Source: an uncultured delta proteobacterium (lineage in GTDB: Bacteria > Myxococcota_A > Polyangia > Polyangiales > Polyangiaceae). From it: a stretch of 64,000 nt of DNA. The position numbers were made by a program, and so were the translations under genes. The notes under the pieces are model-generated. The model saw only the letters and a program-made list of their open reading frames with translations. It had not been told where the DNA came from and ran no database searches. Each line of letters opens with the position of its first letter. Within the stretch, counting starts at the first letter, position 1. Below are positions 8,443-23,394 of the stretch, piece by piece. Location of the stretch: the NCBI GenBank assembly GCA_963850305.1, contig CAWKKR010000007.1, forward strand, positions 800,001 through 864,000, in the 5' to 3' direction.

Positions 8443-9444
8443 GTGACGGATCTCGTCGAGCGAGTCTTCGCGGGCGACGTGCGCGCCGCGGCGCGGCTCT
8501 GCCGGATCGTCGAAGATCGCGGGCCCGGATGCCGCGACGAGCTCCGGAAACTTTACGCGCGCGGGGCGCACGCTCACGTCATCGGCGTGACCGGCAGTCC
8601 CGGCGCCGGCAAGAGCACCCTCGTGGATCGTCTCATCACGGCGGTTCGACCCGCGGGAGAGCGCGTGGCCGTCGTGGCCGTCGATCCGACGAGTCCGTTC
8701 AGCGGCGGCGCGATTCTCGGCGATCGGGTGCGCATGCAGCGGCACTTCGAGGACCCGGACGTCTTCATCCGATCGGTCGCCACGCGTGGCGCGCTCGGAG
8801 GCCTGTCGCGGTCGACGAGCGACGTGGTCCGCGTGCTGGAAGCGTGGGGCGCGCGGACGGTGCTGGTGGAAACCGTGGGCGTCGGCCAGGACGAGCTCGA
8901 CGTCACGCTCCTCGCCGACACGACGCTGGTCGTCCTCTCGCCAGGACAAGGAGATGACATGCAGGCCATCAAGGCCGGCATCCTCGAGTGCGCGGATGTG
9001 TTCGTCGTGAACAAGGCGGACCGGCCCGAGGCCGACATCACCGTGCGGGACCTCGAGGCCATGCTGGCGCTCGGCGCCCTGACGGAGGGCATGGCCGCGA
9101 ACCGGCGGCATTCGGCGGCGATGGCCGTGCCCGCAACGCCCGGGACCGCCAAGTGGATACCGCCCATCGTCAAGACCGTGGCGACCGACGGCCGAGGCAT
9201 CGACGAGCTGGTCCGGCGAGCGCGCGAACACCTGAGCTATGCGAGCTCCGAGGCGGGGGAGCAGCGTCGCGCCGCGCGGACACGGGCCCGGCTCGTCCGG
9301 GACGTCGCCGACGAGCTCACGGAACGCCTGCTATCCGAGCTCCCGGAAGCTGTCGACGCCGCCGTAAAACGGGTAATCTCCAGCGTGATCGATCCTTTCA
9401 CCGCGGTCGACGAACTTCTCGCCGAGTTCCGCTCGCGCGCTTGA
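8443..9444 (+). CDS. meaB: Methylmalonyl-CoA mutase-associated GTPase MeaB/ArgK
   Basis: GSPGAGKST, AVDPTSPFSGGAILGDRVRM, ETVGVGQDE and VNKAD. Confidence 0.95.
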   Translation: MTDLVERVFAGDVRAAARLCRIVEDRGPGCRDELRKLYARGAHAHVIGVTGSPGAGKSTLVDRLITAVRPAGERVAVVAVDPTSPFSGGAILGDRVRMQRHFEDPDVFIRSVATRGALGGLSRSTSDVVRVLEAWGARTVLVETVGVGQDELDVTLLADTTLVVLSPGQGDDMQAIKAGILECADVFVVNKADRPEADITVRDLEAMLALGALTEGMAANRRHSAAMAVPATPGTAKWIPPIVKTVATDGRGIDELVRRAREHLSYASSEAGEQRRAARTRARLVRDVADELTERLLSELPEAVDAAVKRVISSVIDPFTAVDELLAEFRSRA

Positions 9445-9451
9445 AGCCAAG

Positions 9452-10084
9452 ATGCCAGAGGACCTGGAACCACCCGCCGACGCGAACGATCGTCCGAGGC
9501 GCTCACGCGACGACGCGAAGCGCGAGACGCGCGAGGCATTGATCGCAGCCGGTGTGAGCGCGTTCTCCGAAGAAGGGCTCGACGCGCCGAGCCTCGACTC
9601 CATCTGTGCGCGCGCCGGCTACACCCGCGGCGCGTTCTACGTCCACTTCAAGGATCGCGACGACTTCATCAGCGCCGTCATGTCGACGACGCTGGAGGGC
9701 TTCCTCGACGCGATCGTCGCCACGGGAGACGCGGCATTCGACCTGCAGAAGACGATCGACATGTTCGTCGGCGCCGTGCAGGCGGGGGCTTTCCCGATCC
9801 AGGGCGGAGTTCACTTTTCGCAATTCATGGCGGCCTGCGCGCGCTCGATGGCGATCCGCCAGCGCTACGTCGAGCTGTTGCAGAGGGGCGCCGAGCGCGT
9901 CGCGACCGCCGTGCTCGAGGGGCAAGGGGCGGGCACCGTGCGCCAGGACGTGGACGCGCCGTCCGTCGCGCTGATCCTCGTCGCGCTGACGCTCGGCGTC
10001 CAGGCGGCGATCGAGGTCGAGTATCCGGTCCGCGCCATCGTCGGCGCCGCGGCGGACAATCTGTCGCGGATGCTGAAACCCTGA
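9452..10084 (+). CDS. TetR/AcrR family regulator
   Basis: N-terminal HTH SLDSICARAGYTRGAFYVHFKDRD. Confidence 0.92.
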   Translation: MPEDLEPPADANDRPRRSRDDAKRETREALIAAGVSAFSEEGLDAPSLDSICARAGYTRGAFYVHFKDRDDFISAVMSTTLEGFLDAIVATGDAAFDLQKTIDMFVGAVQAGAFPIQGGVHFSQFMAACARSMAIRQRYVELLQRGAERVATAVLEGQGAGTVRQDVDAPSVALILVALTLGVQAAIEVEYPVRAIVGAAADNLSRMLKP

Positions 10085-10088
10085 AGGC

Positions 10089-10804
10089 TCAGCGGCGCGT
10101 CTTCTTCTTGACGGTAGCCTTCGCCGGAGCTTGGACCCGGGCTGGCTTCCGTCCCACCTTCTCTGCCTTGAACGCGGAAGGACAGACGTCCTTCACGGCG
10201 CAGGCGGCGCAGGCAGGACGAGCGGCGCTGCAGACGCGCCGGCCGTGAAAGATGAGGACGTGCGCGAGGGCGTCCCAGCGCTCGCGCGGAAAGAGCTTCA
10301 TCAGGTCGCGCTCGATGGCCGCGGGTTCCTTGTTGCGTGTCCACCCGAGGCGCTGCGAGATGCGCTGCACGTGTGTGTCGACCACGACGCCTTCGGGCGC
10401 GCCGAACGCAACACCCAGCACGACGTTCGCTGTCTTCCGTCCGACGCCGGGGAGCTTCACCAGCTCGGCCATGGTACGCGGGACCTCGCCGCCGTGCTCG
10501 TCGGCGATCTTCTTCGACAGACCGACGATGCTCTTCGTTTTCTGCCGGAAGAAACCGAGGCTTCCGATGAGCTTCTCGACCTCGGCAGGGTTTGCGCTGG
10601 CGAGCGATGCGGGTGTCGGAAATCGGGCGAAGAGTGCGGGCGTCGCCTTGTTGACGTTCACGTCTGTGGTCTGGGCGGACAGCACCGTCGAGACGAGAAG
10701 CTGGAACGGGCTGCGATGATCGAGCTCGCAGTGCGCGTCGGGGTGCGCCGCTTGCAGCCGGCCGAGCGTGCTTTCCGCCTCGCGAAGCGCGCGGCTCTTT
10801 AGCG

Positions 10805-10808
<4 letters not shown>
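10089..10808 (-). CDS. nth: Endonuclease III
   Basis: LSAQTTD, HhH LPGVGRKTANVV, VDTHV and C-x6-C-x2-C-x5-C; ATGA overlap with the gyrA stop. Confidence 0.95.
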
Positions 10809-13452
<2,644 letters not shown>

Positions 13453-13582
13453 CTAAAGGCGGTCGACCGTTGGGGGGGAGCGGCGAATTGCCGCTGTCCA
13501 AACCGTGGTCGGAATGGGCTTCTGAGCTAACCCAGCAACGCCCCGGCGACAACGCCGGCAAGGCCTCGAAAGGGCTCGGAAG

Positions 13583-16105
13583 CTAGAAGAAATTCCCGAT
13601 CGTGAATTCGAACACGTTCGACTGCTCGTAAGAGAGGGGTTTGAAGGGGAAACCCCATTCGAAGCGGAGCGGGCCGAGAGGCGAGAACCACCGGATCCCG
13701 AACCCCCACGACGTTCGGAGGTTCAAGAGGTCGCTGGGGCTGAAGCAGGGGTTCGTGACCGCGTCGGGGATGCCCTGGCCGCCCGTCTTGCAATAGACGG
13801 GCTCGAGGTTCCAGGCGTTGCCCGCGTCGGTGAAGAAGACCCCGTGAATGCCGACCGCATCGACGATCGGGAACTCGAGCTCGATGTTCTGGTAGTATTC
13901 GAGATTACCGCCGATGACGGCGCCGTTCGCGATGGGGGCGCTGTTCGGATCCGTGACGCTCGTGAGCGGCATCCGGGGTCCGACGGTGCGAAACTGGAAC
14001 CCGCGAATGTCGAAGATGCCGCCGAGGAAGAACCTCGCGAAGATCGGCACGCCGTCCGGCGACGGACTCGTGATGATCCCGAATTGCTGGTTCATCTTGA
14101 GCACGATGCCGAGCCCGAGCGGGTAGAAGTACCGCCCCGTGAACGTGTTGCGCAGAAACTCGTTGTGCGAGCCGAAGTCCGCGGCGGCAAGCTCCGTCGA
14201 GCCGCGCAGGTAGATGCCCTTCGTCGGGAAGAGTCGGTTGTCGCGTGTGTCGTACGTTATCGCGGGGCGGATGCTCGACGTGATACCGTCGTTGAAGAGA
14301 TTGGCGAGAGGCAAGCTCTGGAAGAGGCTGATCGCGCTGGACGTCCCGAAGAACGTCGGGACCGGCGACGTGGAGACCTTGTCGGACTCCAGCGTGTACG
14401 TGATGCTCGCCTGGAGCTCGGGCTCGATGATCGGGTAACCCCAGGTGATGTCGCCGCCGAGGCTCGACTGCGCGAAGTCCGAATAGGCCTGGAGCTGATC
14501 GAATAGCTCGAACTGGAAGTTGAAGTGGCTGTCGAGGAAGTACGGCTCGAAGAACCTCAGGTTGACGAGCTGGCGGATGCCGCTGAGCTGAGCCTGGAGG
14601 CTGAGGTTCTGGCCGTTACCGAAGAGGTTTGCCTGCTGTACCTGCGCCGTCGCGATGAAACTCTCGATGCTCGAGAAGCCCGCGCCGATCTGGAACGTGC
14701 CCGTGGCGCGCTCGCTGACCTCCACGTTGACCTTGAGCTGGTTGGGTGCGGAGCCTTCGCTCGTCGAGATGTCGACGCGCTCGAAGAAGCCGAGCGCGGT
14801 GATGCGCCTCCTCGAGCGTTCGAGGAGCGATTCACTGTATTTCTGGCCCTCGGAGATTTCCATCTCGCGACGGATCACCTTGTCGCGGGTCTTGGTATTG
14901 CCGGAGATCTCGATGCGTTCGAAGTAGACCACGGGTCCGCGCACGATCGGCACCACGACGTCGACCTCGTGCGTATCCGGGTCGAGCTTGGTTTCGGGGT
15001 TCGCGTCGACGTTGGCGTACCCGGCGTCGTGGTACATCGTGCGGACGGCGTTCAGATCCTCGATGAGCTCGGCGCGATTGAAGTAGTCGCCGGATTTCGC
15101 GCGCACCATGTTCCTGAGGTGGCGCCGGCCCTCGAGCGGCTCGACTTCTCGGCCGTCGGGGCCGCGTTCGTAGATCCGCATCTGCCGGATCTTGAAGCGT
15201 GGACCCTCGTCGATCGTGATCGACACTTCGATGCCGTTGCGATCCGGCGTGAGCATGACGCGCGGTGTGCTGATCGAGACCGATAGAAACCCGCGATCGT
15301 AATAGAGCGCGCTCACGATCGCGATGTCGCGTTCGAAGGCGTCCTGACGGAACGGGCCGCCCGACCCGAACGAGAGAATGCTCGAGGAGCCCGTGAACAT
15401 CACGCTCCTGAGCTCCTCGGTGGAGACGTTGTGATTACCGATGAAGGTCACGCGGCGCACGGTCACCTGATTGTGTTCGGTGATGACGAAGCGTATGCGC
15501 ACCTCGTTGTTCTTCTCCGGGATGACGTCGGCCTTCGCCTCCGCGAGGAAGTAGCCCTTCTCCGCGTACATATCGCGGATCTTCTGGATGCTCCGCTGGA
15601 TGGCAGGCTGGGAGAGGACCGTGCCTTCCTTGACCTCGACCGCCTCTTTCAGGTCGTCGTTGTCAATCTCTTCGTTGTGCTCGAACTCGACCTTGGAGAC
15701 GTTGGGGCGTTCCCGCACCGAAAATCGCAGGATGACTCCCGTGTCGGACCGCTCGAGGTCCACTTCGATGTCGTCGAAGGACCCGGAGCTCCACAGCTCC
15801 TTGACGTCCTTCGCGAGGGCTTCGGGCGTGAAGGGCTGCCCCTTTCGTTCCCTCAGGTACGCAAGGACGTCTTCCTTCGCGATGCGACGGTTGCCGAGGA
15901 CGTCGATGCGGTTGAGCGGCAATCCCCGGGCGAGCTCCGCCTCGTTCGTCGCCGCGGGTGAGACGCCCCGCGGGATCGGCGTTCCCGCTCCTGCGGGGTG
16001 CCCCAGAGCATCGTCCGCTCGAGCCGGCCGCACCGATAGGAGCACGGCCAGCGACACCAAGGTGAGCCACCAGACGAGGCGGCGTCCGGGAAGGGTGTCG
16101 AGCAT
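13583..16105 (-). CDS. bamA: Outer membrane protein assembly factor BamA
   Basis: Signal peptide, POTRA repeats ([13 protein letters not shown]), IRGF motif, [10 protein letters not shown] and terminal F. Confidence 0.96.
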   Translation of the reverse strand: MLDTLPGRRLVWWLTLVSLAVLLSVRPARADDALGHPAGAGTPIPRGVSPAATNEAELARGLPLNRIDVLGNRRIAKEDVLAYLRERKGQPFTPEALAKDVKELWSSGSFDDIEVDLERSDTGVILRFSVRERPNVSKVEFEHNEEIDNDDLKEAVEVKEGTVLSQPAIQRSIQKIRDMYAEKGYFLAEAKADVIPEKNNEVRIRFVITEHNQVTVRRVTFIGNHNVSTEELRSVMFTGSSSILSFGSGGPFRQDAFERDIAIVSALYYDRGFLSVSISTPRVMLTPDRNGIEVSITIDEGPRFKIRQMRIYERGPDGREVEPLEGRRHLRNMVRAKSGDYFNRAELIEDLNAVRTMYHDAGYANVDANPETKLDPDTHEVDVVVPIVRGPVVYFERIEISGNTKTRDKVIRREMEISEGQKYSESLLERSRRRITALGFFERVDISTSEGSAPNQLKVNVEVSERATGTFQIGAGFSSIESFIATAQVQQANLFGNGQNLSLQAQLSGIRQLVNLRFFEPYFLDSHFNFQFELFDQLQAYSDFAQSSLGGDITWGYPIIEPELQASITYTLESDKVSTSPVPTFFGTSSAISLFQSLPLANLFNDGITSSIRPAITYDTRDNRLFPTKGIYLRGSTELAAADFGSHNEFLRNTFTGRYFYPLGLGIVLKMNQQFGIITSPSPDGVPIFARFFLGGIFDIRGFQFRTVGPRMPLTSVTDPNSAPIANGAVIGGNLEYYQNIELEFPIVDAVGIHGVFFTDAGNAWNLEPVYCKTGGQGIPDAVTNPCFSPSDLLNLRTSWGFGIRWFSPLGPLRFEWGFPFKPLSYEQSNVFEFTIGNFF

Positions 16106-16367
16106 CGTACGAGGGGACCCGTTGTCGTTTCTGGGCTGCGGACCAAGCGACTACGGGCGGCGCAGCCTCGGCCAAGGCCGGGGCCTGCGTAACCTATGGG
16201 CGCCGCAGTCTCAAGCTTCGGACCGCATTTCCGACTGGCGGGGACGCCGAAATCCGAAATCCTTCCCGCTCGTTCGGTCTAGATGACGTCTCAGGCCGAA
16301 AACTTGACAGGTGTGCAGGCCCCTGGTCACTTGCCGCCGGTTACCGAGCGAAGCCGAGGAACCCCGT

Positions 16368-18807
16368 TTGGTTCAGGAAAATCGACCGAAAAAGAAGGCC
16401 GCACGCGCGCCAGGCACCCCTCCGGGACGGCGGGGCGGCGGTCGGGGCCCACAGCAGGACCTCTTCACGCGCGCGGCGGAAGAGCCCGTCCAGCTCCAGG
16501 ACATCGCCCAGACTCGTTACCTGAATTACGCGCTGTCGGTCATCACGAGCCGCGCGCTCCCCGACGTGCGCGATGGTCTGAAGCCGGTCCAGCGCCGCAT
16601 CCTGTTCACCATGTGGCGCGAGCGCCTGGGCGCGGATGCGAAGCACCGCAAGTGCGCCAAGGTCGTCGGCGACGTCATGGGAAACTACCACCCCCACGGC
16701 GACTCCGCGATCTACGACGCGCTCGTCCGCATGGCGCAGTCTTTCATGATGCGGGTGCCCCTCGTCGAGGGGTCGGGCAACTTCGGCTCGCTCGACGGCG
16801 ATCCGGCGGCGGCGATGCGGTACACGGAATGCCGTCTCGCGCCGATGGCGGCCGAGCTCCTCGTCGAGATCGATCAGGATACCGTTCACTTCCGCCCGAA
16901 CTACGACGGCACCAAGACGGAACCCGTCGTCCTGCCGGCGAAGGTTCCGAATCTGCTGATCAACGGCGCGTCCGGCATCGCCGTCGGCATGGCGACGAAC
17001 ATTCCGCCGCACAACCCCGAAGAGGTCTGCGCGGCCTCCGTGCGCCTCCTCGACGCGCTCCTCGAGGGAAAGCAGCTCTCTTCTCGTGAACTGTACGCGT
17101 ACGATCAAGGGTCCGGATTTCCCGACCGGGGGCCAAATCGTCTCGTCGACGGAGGAGATCAAGCTCGTCTACGAGACGGGGCAGGGCAGCATCAAGGTGC
17201 GCGCGATGTGGGAACCGGGGCCGGAAACGCGTTCGGCGAAGACCCTCTTCATCACGAGCATCCCCTACGGCGTCAACAAGTCGATGCTGGTCGAACGGAT
17301 CGCCGAGGTCGTCGTTTCGCGGAAGATGCCGCTCCTCGTCGACGTCAAGGACGTGTCGACGGAGGACGTTCGCATCGCGCTCGAATTGAAGAAGGAAGCC
17401 GACGAGCAGAAGGTGCTCGCGTACCTGTTCAAGCACACGCCGCTCCAGTCGACGTTTGCGGTGAATCTGACGTCGCTCGTCCCGACCGAGAACGCCGAAG
17501 TCGGACGTCCCGAGCGGCTCGATCTGCGCGCGATGCTCTGGCATTTCCTGCACTTCCGTCTCGATGTCGTGACGAGGCGTCTGAAGGACGAGCTCGAGGC
17601 GCTCACGAAGCGGATGCACATTCTCGCCGGCTTCGTCACCGTCTTCGACGCGCTCGATCAGATCTTGAAGATCATCCGAGCTTCCGACGGCAAGGCGGAC
17701 GCCATGAAGAAGATCATGGCGCGGTACGAGCTCGACGAGGAGCAGACGGACGCAATTCTCGAGCTTCGCCTGTACCGGCTCGCGCGGCTCGAAATTCTCG
17801 TCCTGGAGAACGAGCTCAAGAACAAGAAGAAGCGCGCGAGCGAGATCAAGAAACTGCTCGGCGAAGAGGGCTCGCGCGGCATCTGGGGCATGGTTCGCGC
17901 AGAGCTCGAGGTGCAGCGCGAGGCGTACGGCAAGGCCGGCAAGCGCCGTACGCTCATCGAAGAAGTCGGCGAAGAGCCTGAGTTCTCGGAAGAGGATCTC
18001 ATCGTCGCGGAGGACAATCACGTCCTCCTGACGCGCGATGGCTGGGTGAAGCGCCAGCGTGAGATCAAGGACCCGGGCGCGACGCGTCTCCGCGAAGGCG
18101 ACCAGGTGCTGGCGATCATCGGCGGGTCGACCAGGGCGAGCGTCGCGTTCTTCTCGAGCTTCGGCACCGCGTACACGAGCCGCATCGTCGATGTTCCCGC
18201 CACGACAGGCTACGGTGAACCGATCCAGAAGCTCTTCAAGATGAAGGACGGCGAGTCCATCGTTGCGATGGCGTCACTCGATGCCAGGCTAACGGGGAGC
18301 CTCGCGGGCGACGAGGAGCACTATCCCGAGACGTTCGCCGTCGCGGCGAGCTCCGACGGCTACGCCCTTACCTTCGGCCTCGAACCGTTCCAGGAACCGA
18401 GTACTCGCGCCGGGCGTCGCTTTGCCCGGGTGGGTGAGGGCGCGACGATCGTGGGCGTGGACGTCGTCAGCGGCGACGAGACGGTCATGGCCGTCTCGAA
18501 GAAGCGGCGCGCCCTCCTCTGCAGCGTCGCCGAGATCAACTACCTGGCCGGCGCGGGTAAGGGGGTGCTCCTCATCAAGCTTGCCGAGGACGACGCGATT
18601 CTCGCGATGAAGGTCGCCCGCGATGAGCGGGACGCGCTCGTCGTGAAGACGAGCCTCGGAGGAGAACAGCGCATCAGTCCCGCGCGCTTCGAGACGACGG
18701 GCCGCGGGGGCAGGGGCCGTGAAGTGATGTCGCGCGGCACGCTCACCGAAGTCTTGTACGAAACGCCAGCGGCGCCGGGTTCACTCGACGGCGCACAAGG
18801 GAGCTGA
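16368..18807 (+). CDS. parC: Type IIA topoisomerase A subunit (topo IV ParC-like); one 1-nt insertion near 17094
   Basis: [34 protein letters not shown] and AAMRYTE; removing one T restores [15 protein letters not shown]; no GyrA-box in the first blade. Confidence 0.85.
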
Positions 18808-20721
18808 TGGAGATGGCGACCGAGTATACGGCGAAAGACATCCAGGTTCTCGAGGGGCTCGAACCCGTGCGCAAACGCCCGGGGATGTACATCGGCGGCG
18901 TGGGGAGCGCCGGACTGCATCACCTGGTATGGGAGATCGTCGACAACTCGGTCGACGAGGCCATGAACGGCCACGCGAAGGAGATCACCGTCACCCTCCA
19001 CAAGGACGGCTCGAGTATCACGGTCAGCGACAACGGACGCGGGATCCCCGTGGACAGGCACCCGAAGCAGAAGAAGTCGGCGCTGGAGATCATCTTCTCG
19101 ACACTCCACGCGGGCGGGAAATTCGAGCCGGGGAACTACAAGACGGCCGGCGGCCTCCACGGGGTCGGCGCGTCGGTCGTGAATGCGCTGTCGACGAAGC
19201 TTCTGGCGACCGTCAAGCGCGACGGGGCCGAGTGGGCGATGGAATTTCGTCGCGGCGCCGCGGTGTCCGAGCTGAAGAAGGTTCGTGCCGCGCGCGGCAC
19301 GGGCACGAGCGTCTTTTTCCAGCCCGATCCGACGATCTTTCCGCGCACTGAGTTCGATCCGGAGCTCATTCGCGAGCGCCTGCAGATCGCCAGCTTCCTG
19401 CATCGCGGGGTGAAGGTCCGCTTCGTCGATGAGTCGCACGGTACCGACGACGTCTTTCGACACGAGAACGGCATCGCGGACTTCCTGAAGAAGATCCTCC
19501 TCGAACGCAGCGCGAAGCCCGTGCACGACGCGCCGTTTTCCCTGGTCCGGGAGAACGGCGCGAAGGTCGAGGTCGTGTTTCAGTGGACAGAGTCGACCGA
19601 GGAGACATCTGCGGAGCTACGTGAACGGCATTCCGACCGCGTCGGGCGGCACGCACGAAATCGGTCTCCGTGCGGCGATCGGAAAGGCCATCCGCAACTA
19701 CATCGACACGCACGAGCTCGCGCCGCGCGGCGTGACGATCACAGCGGAGGACATCCGCGAAGGCGTCATCGGTGTCTTGAGTATTTACGTCGCCGAGCCG
19801 CAGTTCCAGGGCCAGACGAAGGATCGACTGAACAACCCCGAGGTGCAGGGCTACGTGGACGCGGCGGTGCGGCCAGCGCTCGAACAGTGGTTGAACTCGA
19901 ACCGTACGGTCGGCGAGCAGATCGTCACGCGCATCGTCCTCGCGTCACGGGCGAGGGAGGCGTCCCGCGCGGCTTCGGCGGCGGTGTCGCGCAAGAGTGC
20001 GACGAGCGGGCGGCTCACGCTCCCCGGCAAGCTGAGCGACTGTTCGAGCACGGACCGCGAGGCGACGGAGCTCTTCATCGTCGAGGGGGATTCGGCCGGT
20101 GGTTCCGCGAAGCAGGGGAGGGATCGCGAGCGGCAGGCGGTGCTGCCGCTTCGGGGAAAGGTTCTGAACACGGAATCGGTCGCGCTCGCGAAGGTGCTGG
20201 AGAACAAGGAACTCGCCGACCTCGTCGTGGCCCTCGGTTGCGGTGTCGGCAAGGACTTCGACGCGACGCGCTTGCGTTATGCGCGCATCGTGCTCCTCGC
20301 CGACGCGGACTCCGACGGACATCACATCACGACGCTACTTCTCACGTTTTTCTACCGGCACCTGCCGGAGCTCATCAAGCAGGGGAAGGTCTTCGTCGCC
20401 GTGCCGCCGCTCTATCGCATCGACATCGGCAAGGAGACTCATTACGCGATTGACGACGAGGACAAGACGAGGATCATCGGGAAATTCGGCAAGGGCGAGG
20501 GTCGTGCGGACATCACGCGCTTCAAGGGACTGGGTGAGATGATGCCGAAGATCCTCTGGGAGACCACCCTCGATCCGAGAACGCGGCGGATGCTCCGGGT
20601 GGAGATCTCCGATGGCCTTCAGACGGACCGCGTCATCAACGAGCTGATGGGCAAGGATCCGTCGGCGCGATTCCACTTCATCATGGACCGCGCGGAGCAA
20701 GCCGGCGACATCGACGTCTGA
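18807..20721 (+). CDS. parE: Type IIA topoisomerase B subunit (ParE-like); one 1-nt insertion near 19606
   Basis: [47 protein letters not shown] and RFKGLGEM; about 637 aa without the long GyrB insertion. Confidence 0.85.
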
Positions 20722-20733
20722 TCGCTCGACGAT

Positions 20734-21906
20734 TCAGGGCTCGTGGAGCTCGACGATCTGGACCTCCGGAAGCTCCAGCGTCGCATCGTCCACCGGGATC
20801 CGGAGGGCTGGTTCCGACTTGCTCCGGAGCTCGAAGCGCTCCTGCTTGCCGGACGTGTCTTCGATGTCGACGACGATGCTCGTGTTCGTCGAGTCGGGGT
20901 CGTAAACGACGCTGACCGCGATGTCCAGGTTCGAGGTGGTGATCGGCGCCTCCGATTCGGGGCCGTCTCCGAGAACGTCCTCCGATGCGCGCTGCGCCCC
21001 GGGCAGCGGGCGGTTCTCGACCAGCTCGTAGGCTCTCCGGAGAGCGAGTTGCATCGCTTTCGCGTCGCGAAAGCGGTCGGCTTTCTGGAACGCGAGCGCC
21101 CGATCCACCGCGTCGACGATCGGCGGCGCCAGGGATGGCAGGAGCTGTCCGATCGAGCGCGCCTTTTGAGACATTGCCGCGAGAAGACGCTCTTGCATCG
21201 TGTCGCCGTCGTGTACGTAGCGGCCCGTCATCGCCTTCCACATCGTGGCGCCCACCGCCCAGATGTCCGTCCGGGCATCGATGAGGTCGCGCTTCCCGCG
21301 CGCCTGTTCAGGCGGCATGTACGACGCCGTTCCGACGATCATTCCGGTGCGGGTGAGGCTTCCCTTGAGCCCCCGCTCGCGAACCCGCGCGAGCCCGAAG
21401 TCGAGGACCTTGACGCCGCCATCTCTCGTCAGGAAGATGTTGCCGGGCTTGATGTCGCGATGCACGATCCCCTTTTCGTGCGCGGCGCCGAGGACATCGA
21501 GCACGTTGTCCGCGATGTAGAGGACTGCCGGACCTGCCAGGACCTGCTTCTTCTTCAAGCGCTCCTCGAGGGATTCTCCCTCGAGCAGCTCCATCACGAG
21601 GAACGGCGTGCCGTCGTCCAATGCGTCGTCGTCGAGCACGGTGACCGCGCCGGGGTGTCCGACCTTGTTCGCGACGTAGCCTTCCTCGAGAAATCGCATC
21701 CGCGCTTCGTCCTGCGCGGCGAAGATCGGGTGAAGCACCTTGAGAGCGACGCGGTTCCCGTTGCGATGCGTCGCGACGTAGACGGACGCCATCCCCCCTA
21801 TGTCGAGGAGCCGATCGATGTGCCATTTCCGCGCGGCGATCTGGCCGACGCGCTCGCGAGCCTTCTCTAGCGGACCTTCCTTCGACAAATCTAAAGAATC
21901 TTCCAT
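20734..21906 (-). CDS. Hanks-type Ser/Thr protein kinase, soluble, with an acidic C-tail
   Basis: GGMASVY, VALK, HRDIKPGN, DFG, YMPPE and DIWAVG. Confidence 0.95.
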   Translation of the reverse strand: MEDSLDLSKEGPLEKARERVGQIAARKWHIDRLLDIGGMASVYVATHRNGNRVALKVLHPIFAAQDEARMRFLEEGYVANKVGHPGAVTVLDDDALDDGTPFLVMELLEGESLEERLKKKQVLAGPAVLYIADNVLDVLGAAHEKGIVHRDIKPGNIFLTRDGGVKVLDFGLARVRERGLKGSLTRTGMIVGTASYMPPEQARGKRDLIDARTDIWAVGATMWKAMTGRYVHDGDTMQERLLAAMSQKARSIGQLLPSLAPPIVDAVDRALAFQKADRFRDAKAMQLALRRAYELVENRPLPGAQRASEDVLGDGPESEAPITTSNLDIAVSVVYDPDSTNTSIVVDIEDTSGKQERFELRSKSEPALRIPVDDATLELPEVQIVELHEP

Positions 21907-21955
21907 TGGCCACTCACCTGTCAAGCGATGAGCTTCTGCGCCTTTGGTAGCGTCG

Positions 21956-23348
21956 TCACGCGCTCGAGTCGTCGTGCCGCCGATAGGCTTCGAGCTCTAT
22001 GGCGTAGCGCTCCACCCAGCGGTGAATCTGCATGCGGGCCTTGCCGAGGACACGACCCACCGCTGCGACGTTCCCTCCGTGCTCCTCGAGCAGTGCTCGA
22101 AGCTCCGCCTCGGAGGGGGCGCCGTAACGCGGTGCGGGAAGCGACGCGGATTCCGACATCGCCCGACCGTAACGTTGCATTTCCTCGCGGATCGGTTCGG
22201 GCAAGAGTTCGGAATCGAGGACGGGCCCGGTCGCGAGGGCGATCGCCCGCTTCGCGCAGGCCTCGAGCTCGCGCACGTTGTACGGAAAGTCGTAATGCAG
22301 GAGCGCTGCCATGAACAGGAAAGAGACGCGCAAGTCCGGTCGCCCGTGACGCGCCAGCAAGGTTCGGAGGAGGAGATACAGATCCTCCTTTCGCTCACGA
22401 AGCGCGGGCAACTCCAGCTGGTACTCGTTGAGCCGCGCAAAGAGATCCGGACGAAACTTCGACTCCCGTGCGAGGCGTTTCAGATCGCGGTGCGTCGCGC
22501 ACACGACCCGCACGTTCACCGCCTCGGGAGCCGTGGCACCGAGAGGATACAGCTCCTTCGACTGGAGCACGCGGAGCAGTTTCGCCTGCGCGTCGAGGGG
22601 CATGTCGCCGATCTCGTCGAGGAGGAGCGTGCCGTCGTGCGCGGCGCGGAGCATGCCGGGCTTGTCCCGTTCGGCGCCGGAGAACGCGCCGCGCTTGTAT
22701 CCGAAGAGCTCGCTCTCGAAGAGGTTCTCGGGGATCGCGGCGCAGTTGACGGCGCGAAACGGGCCCTGTCTCCCGTAAAGCCGATGAATCTCGCGCGCGA
22801 CGACCTCCTTTCCGGTGCCGCTCTCGCCGAGCAGGAGGACGCTGATGGGCGACCTCGCGATCCGTTCGAGCTCTGCGCCGATGCGGTCCATCTGGTACCC
22901 ACCGACGAGTTCGGTCTTCTCTCTGGAGGCGCGCTTGCGGCCGGGCGCAAGCGTGCCGTCGATGCGGTACCCGGCAAACGCATCCGCGTCCTCTTCCACG
23001 AACTTGAAGATGGCGTCGCCGAATCGGACCTCTTGCCCGTGTTCGAGCCGCGTCTCCGTGATCCGATGTCCGTCGACGAGAGTGCCGTTCGTGCTGGCTC
23101 GAATCTCGCAATATCCATGCGCCGCGCTCGGTCACGATCTCGGCGTGCGTGCGCGAGACGGCGTTGACCGGAATGACGATGCTCGCGGGCGGCTCGCGGC
23201 CGATGACGTTACCCTCCCGCGTCAGCTCGAACAGGACCGGGAGCACGTGGAAATGCTCCGCGTAGAGCAGCAGCAAGCCAGCCGATGCCGAGGTTGACCG
23301 CGCGCCAGGGCCGAATTCCGCCATGGCGCCCGTGGACGAGTCGGTCAT
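21956..23348 (-). CDS. FHA-domain sigma54-dependent activator (FHA-AAA+-HTH); 1-nt insertion near 23096
   Basis: IGR, VSRTHA and STNGT across the shift; GESGTGKE, ESELFGYKRGAFSGA, LLLDEIGD and a C-terminal HTH. Confidence 0.9.
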
Positions 23349-23381
23349 TCCCCGAAAGCGTACCGATTCGCTCCCGTGACG

Positions 23382-23387
23382 TAAACT
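23382..23387 (+). promoter_or_regulatory. Putative -10 box TAAACT, 7 nt before the ATG
   Basis: TANNNT-N7-ATG with no SD. Confidence 0.5.
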
Positions 23388-23394
23388 GCGAGCC

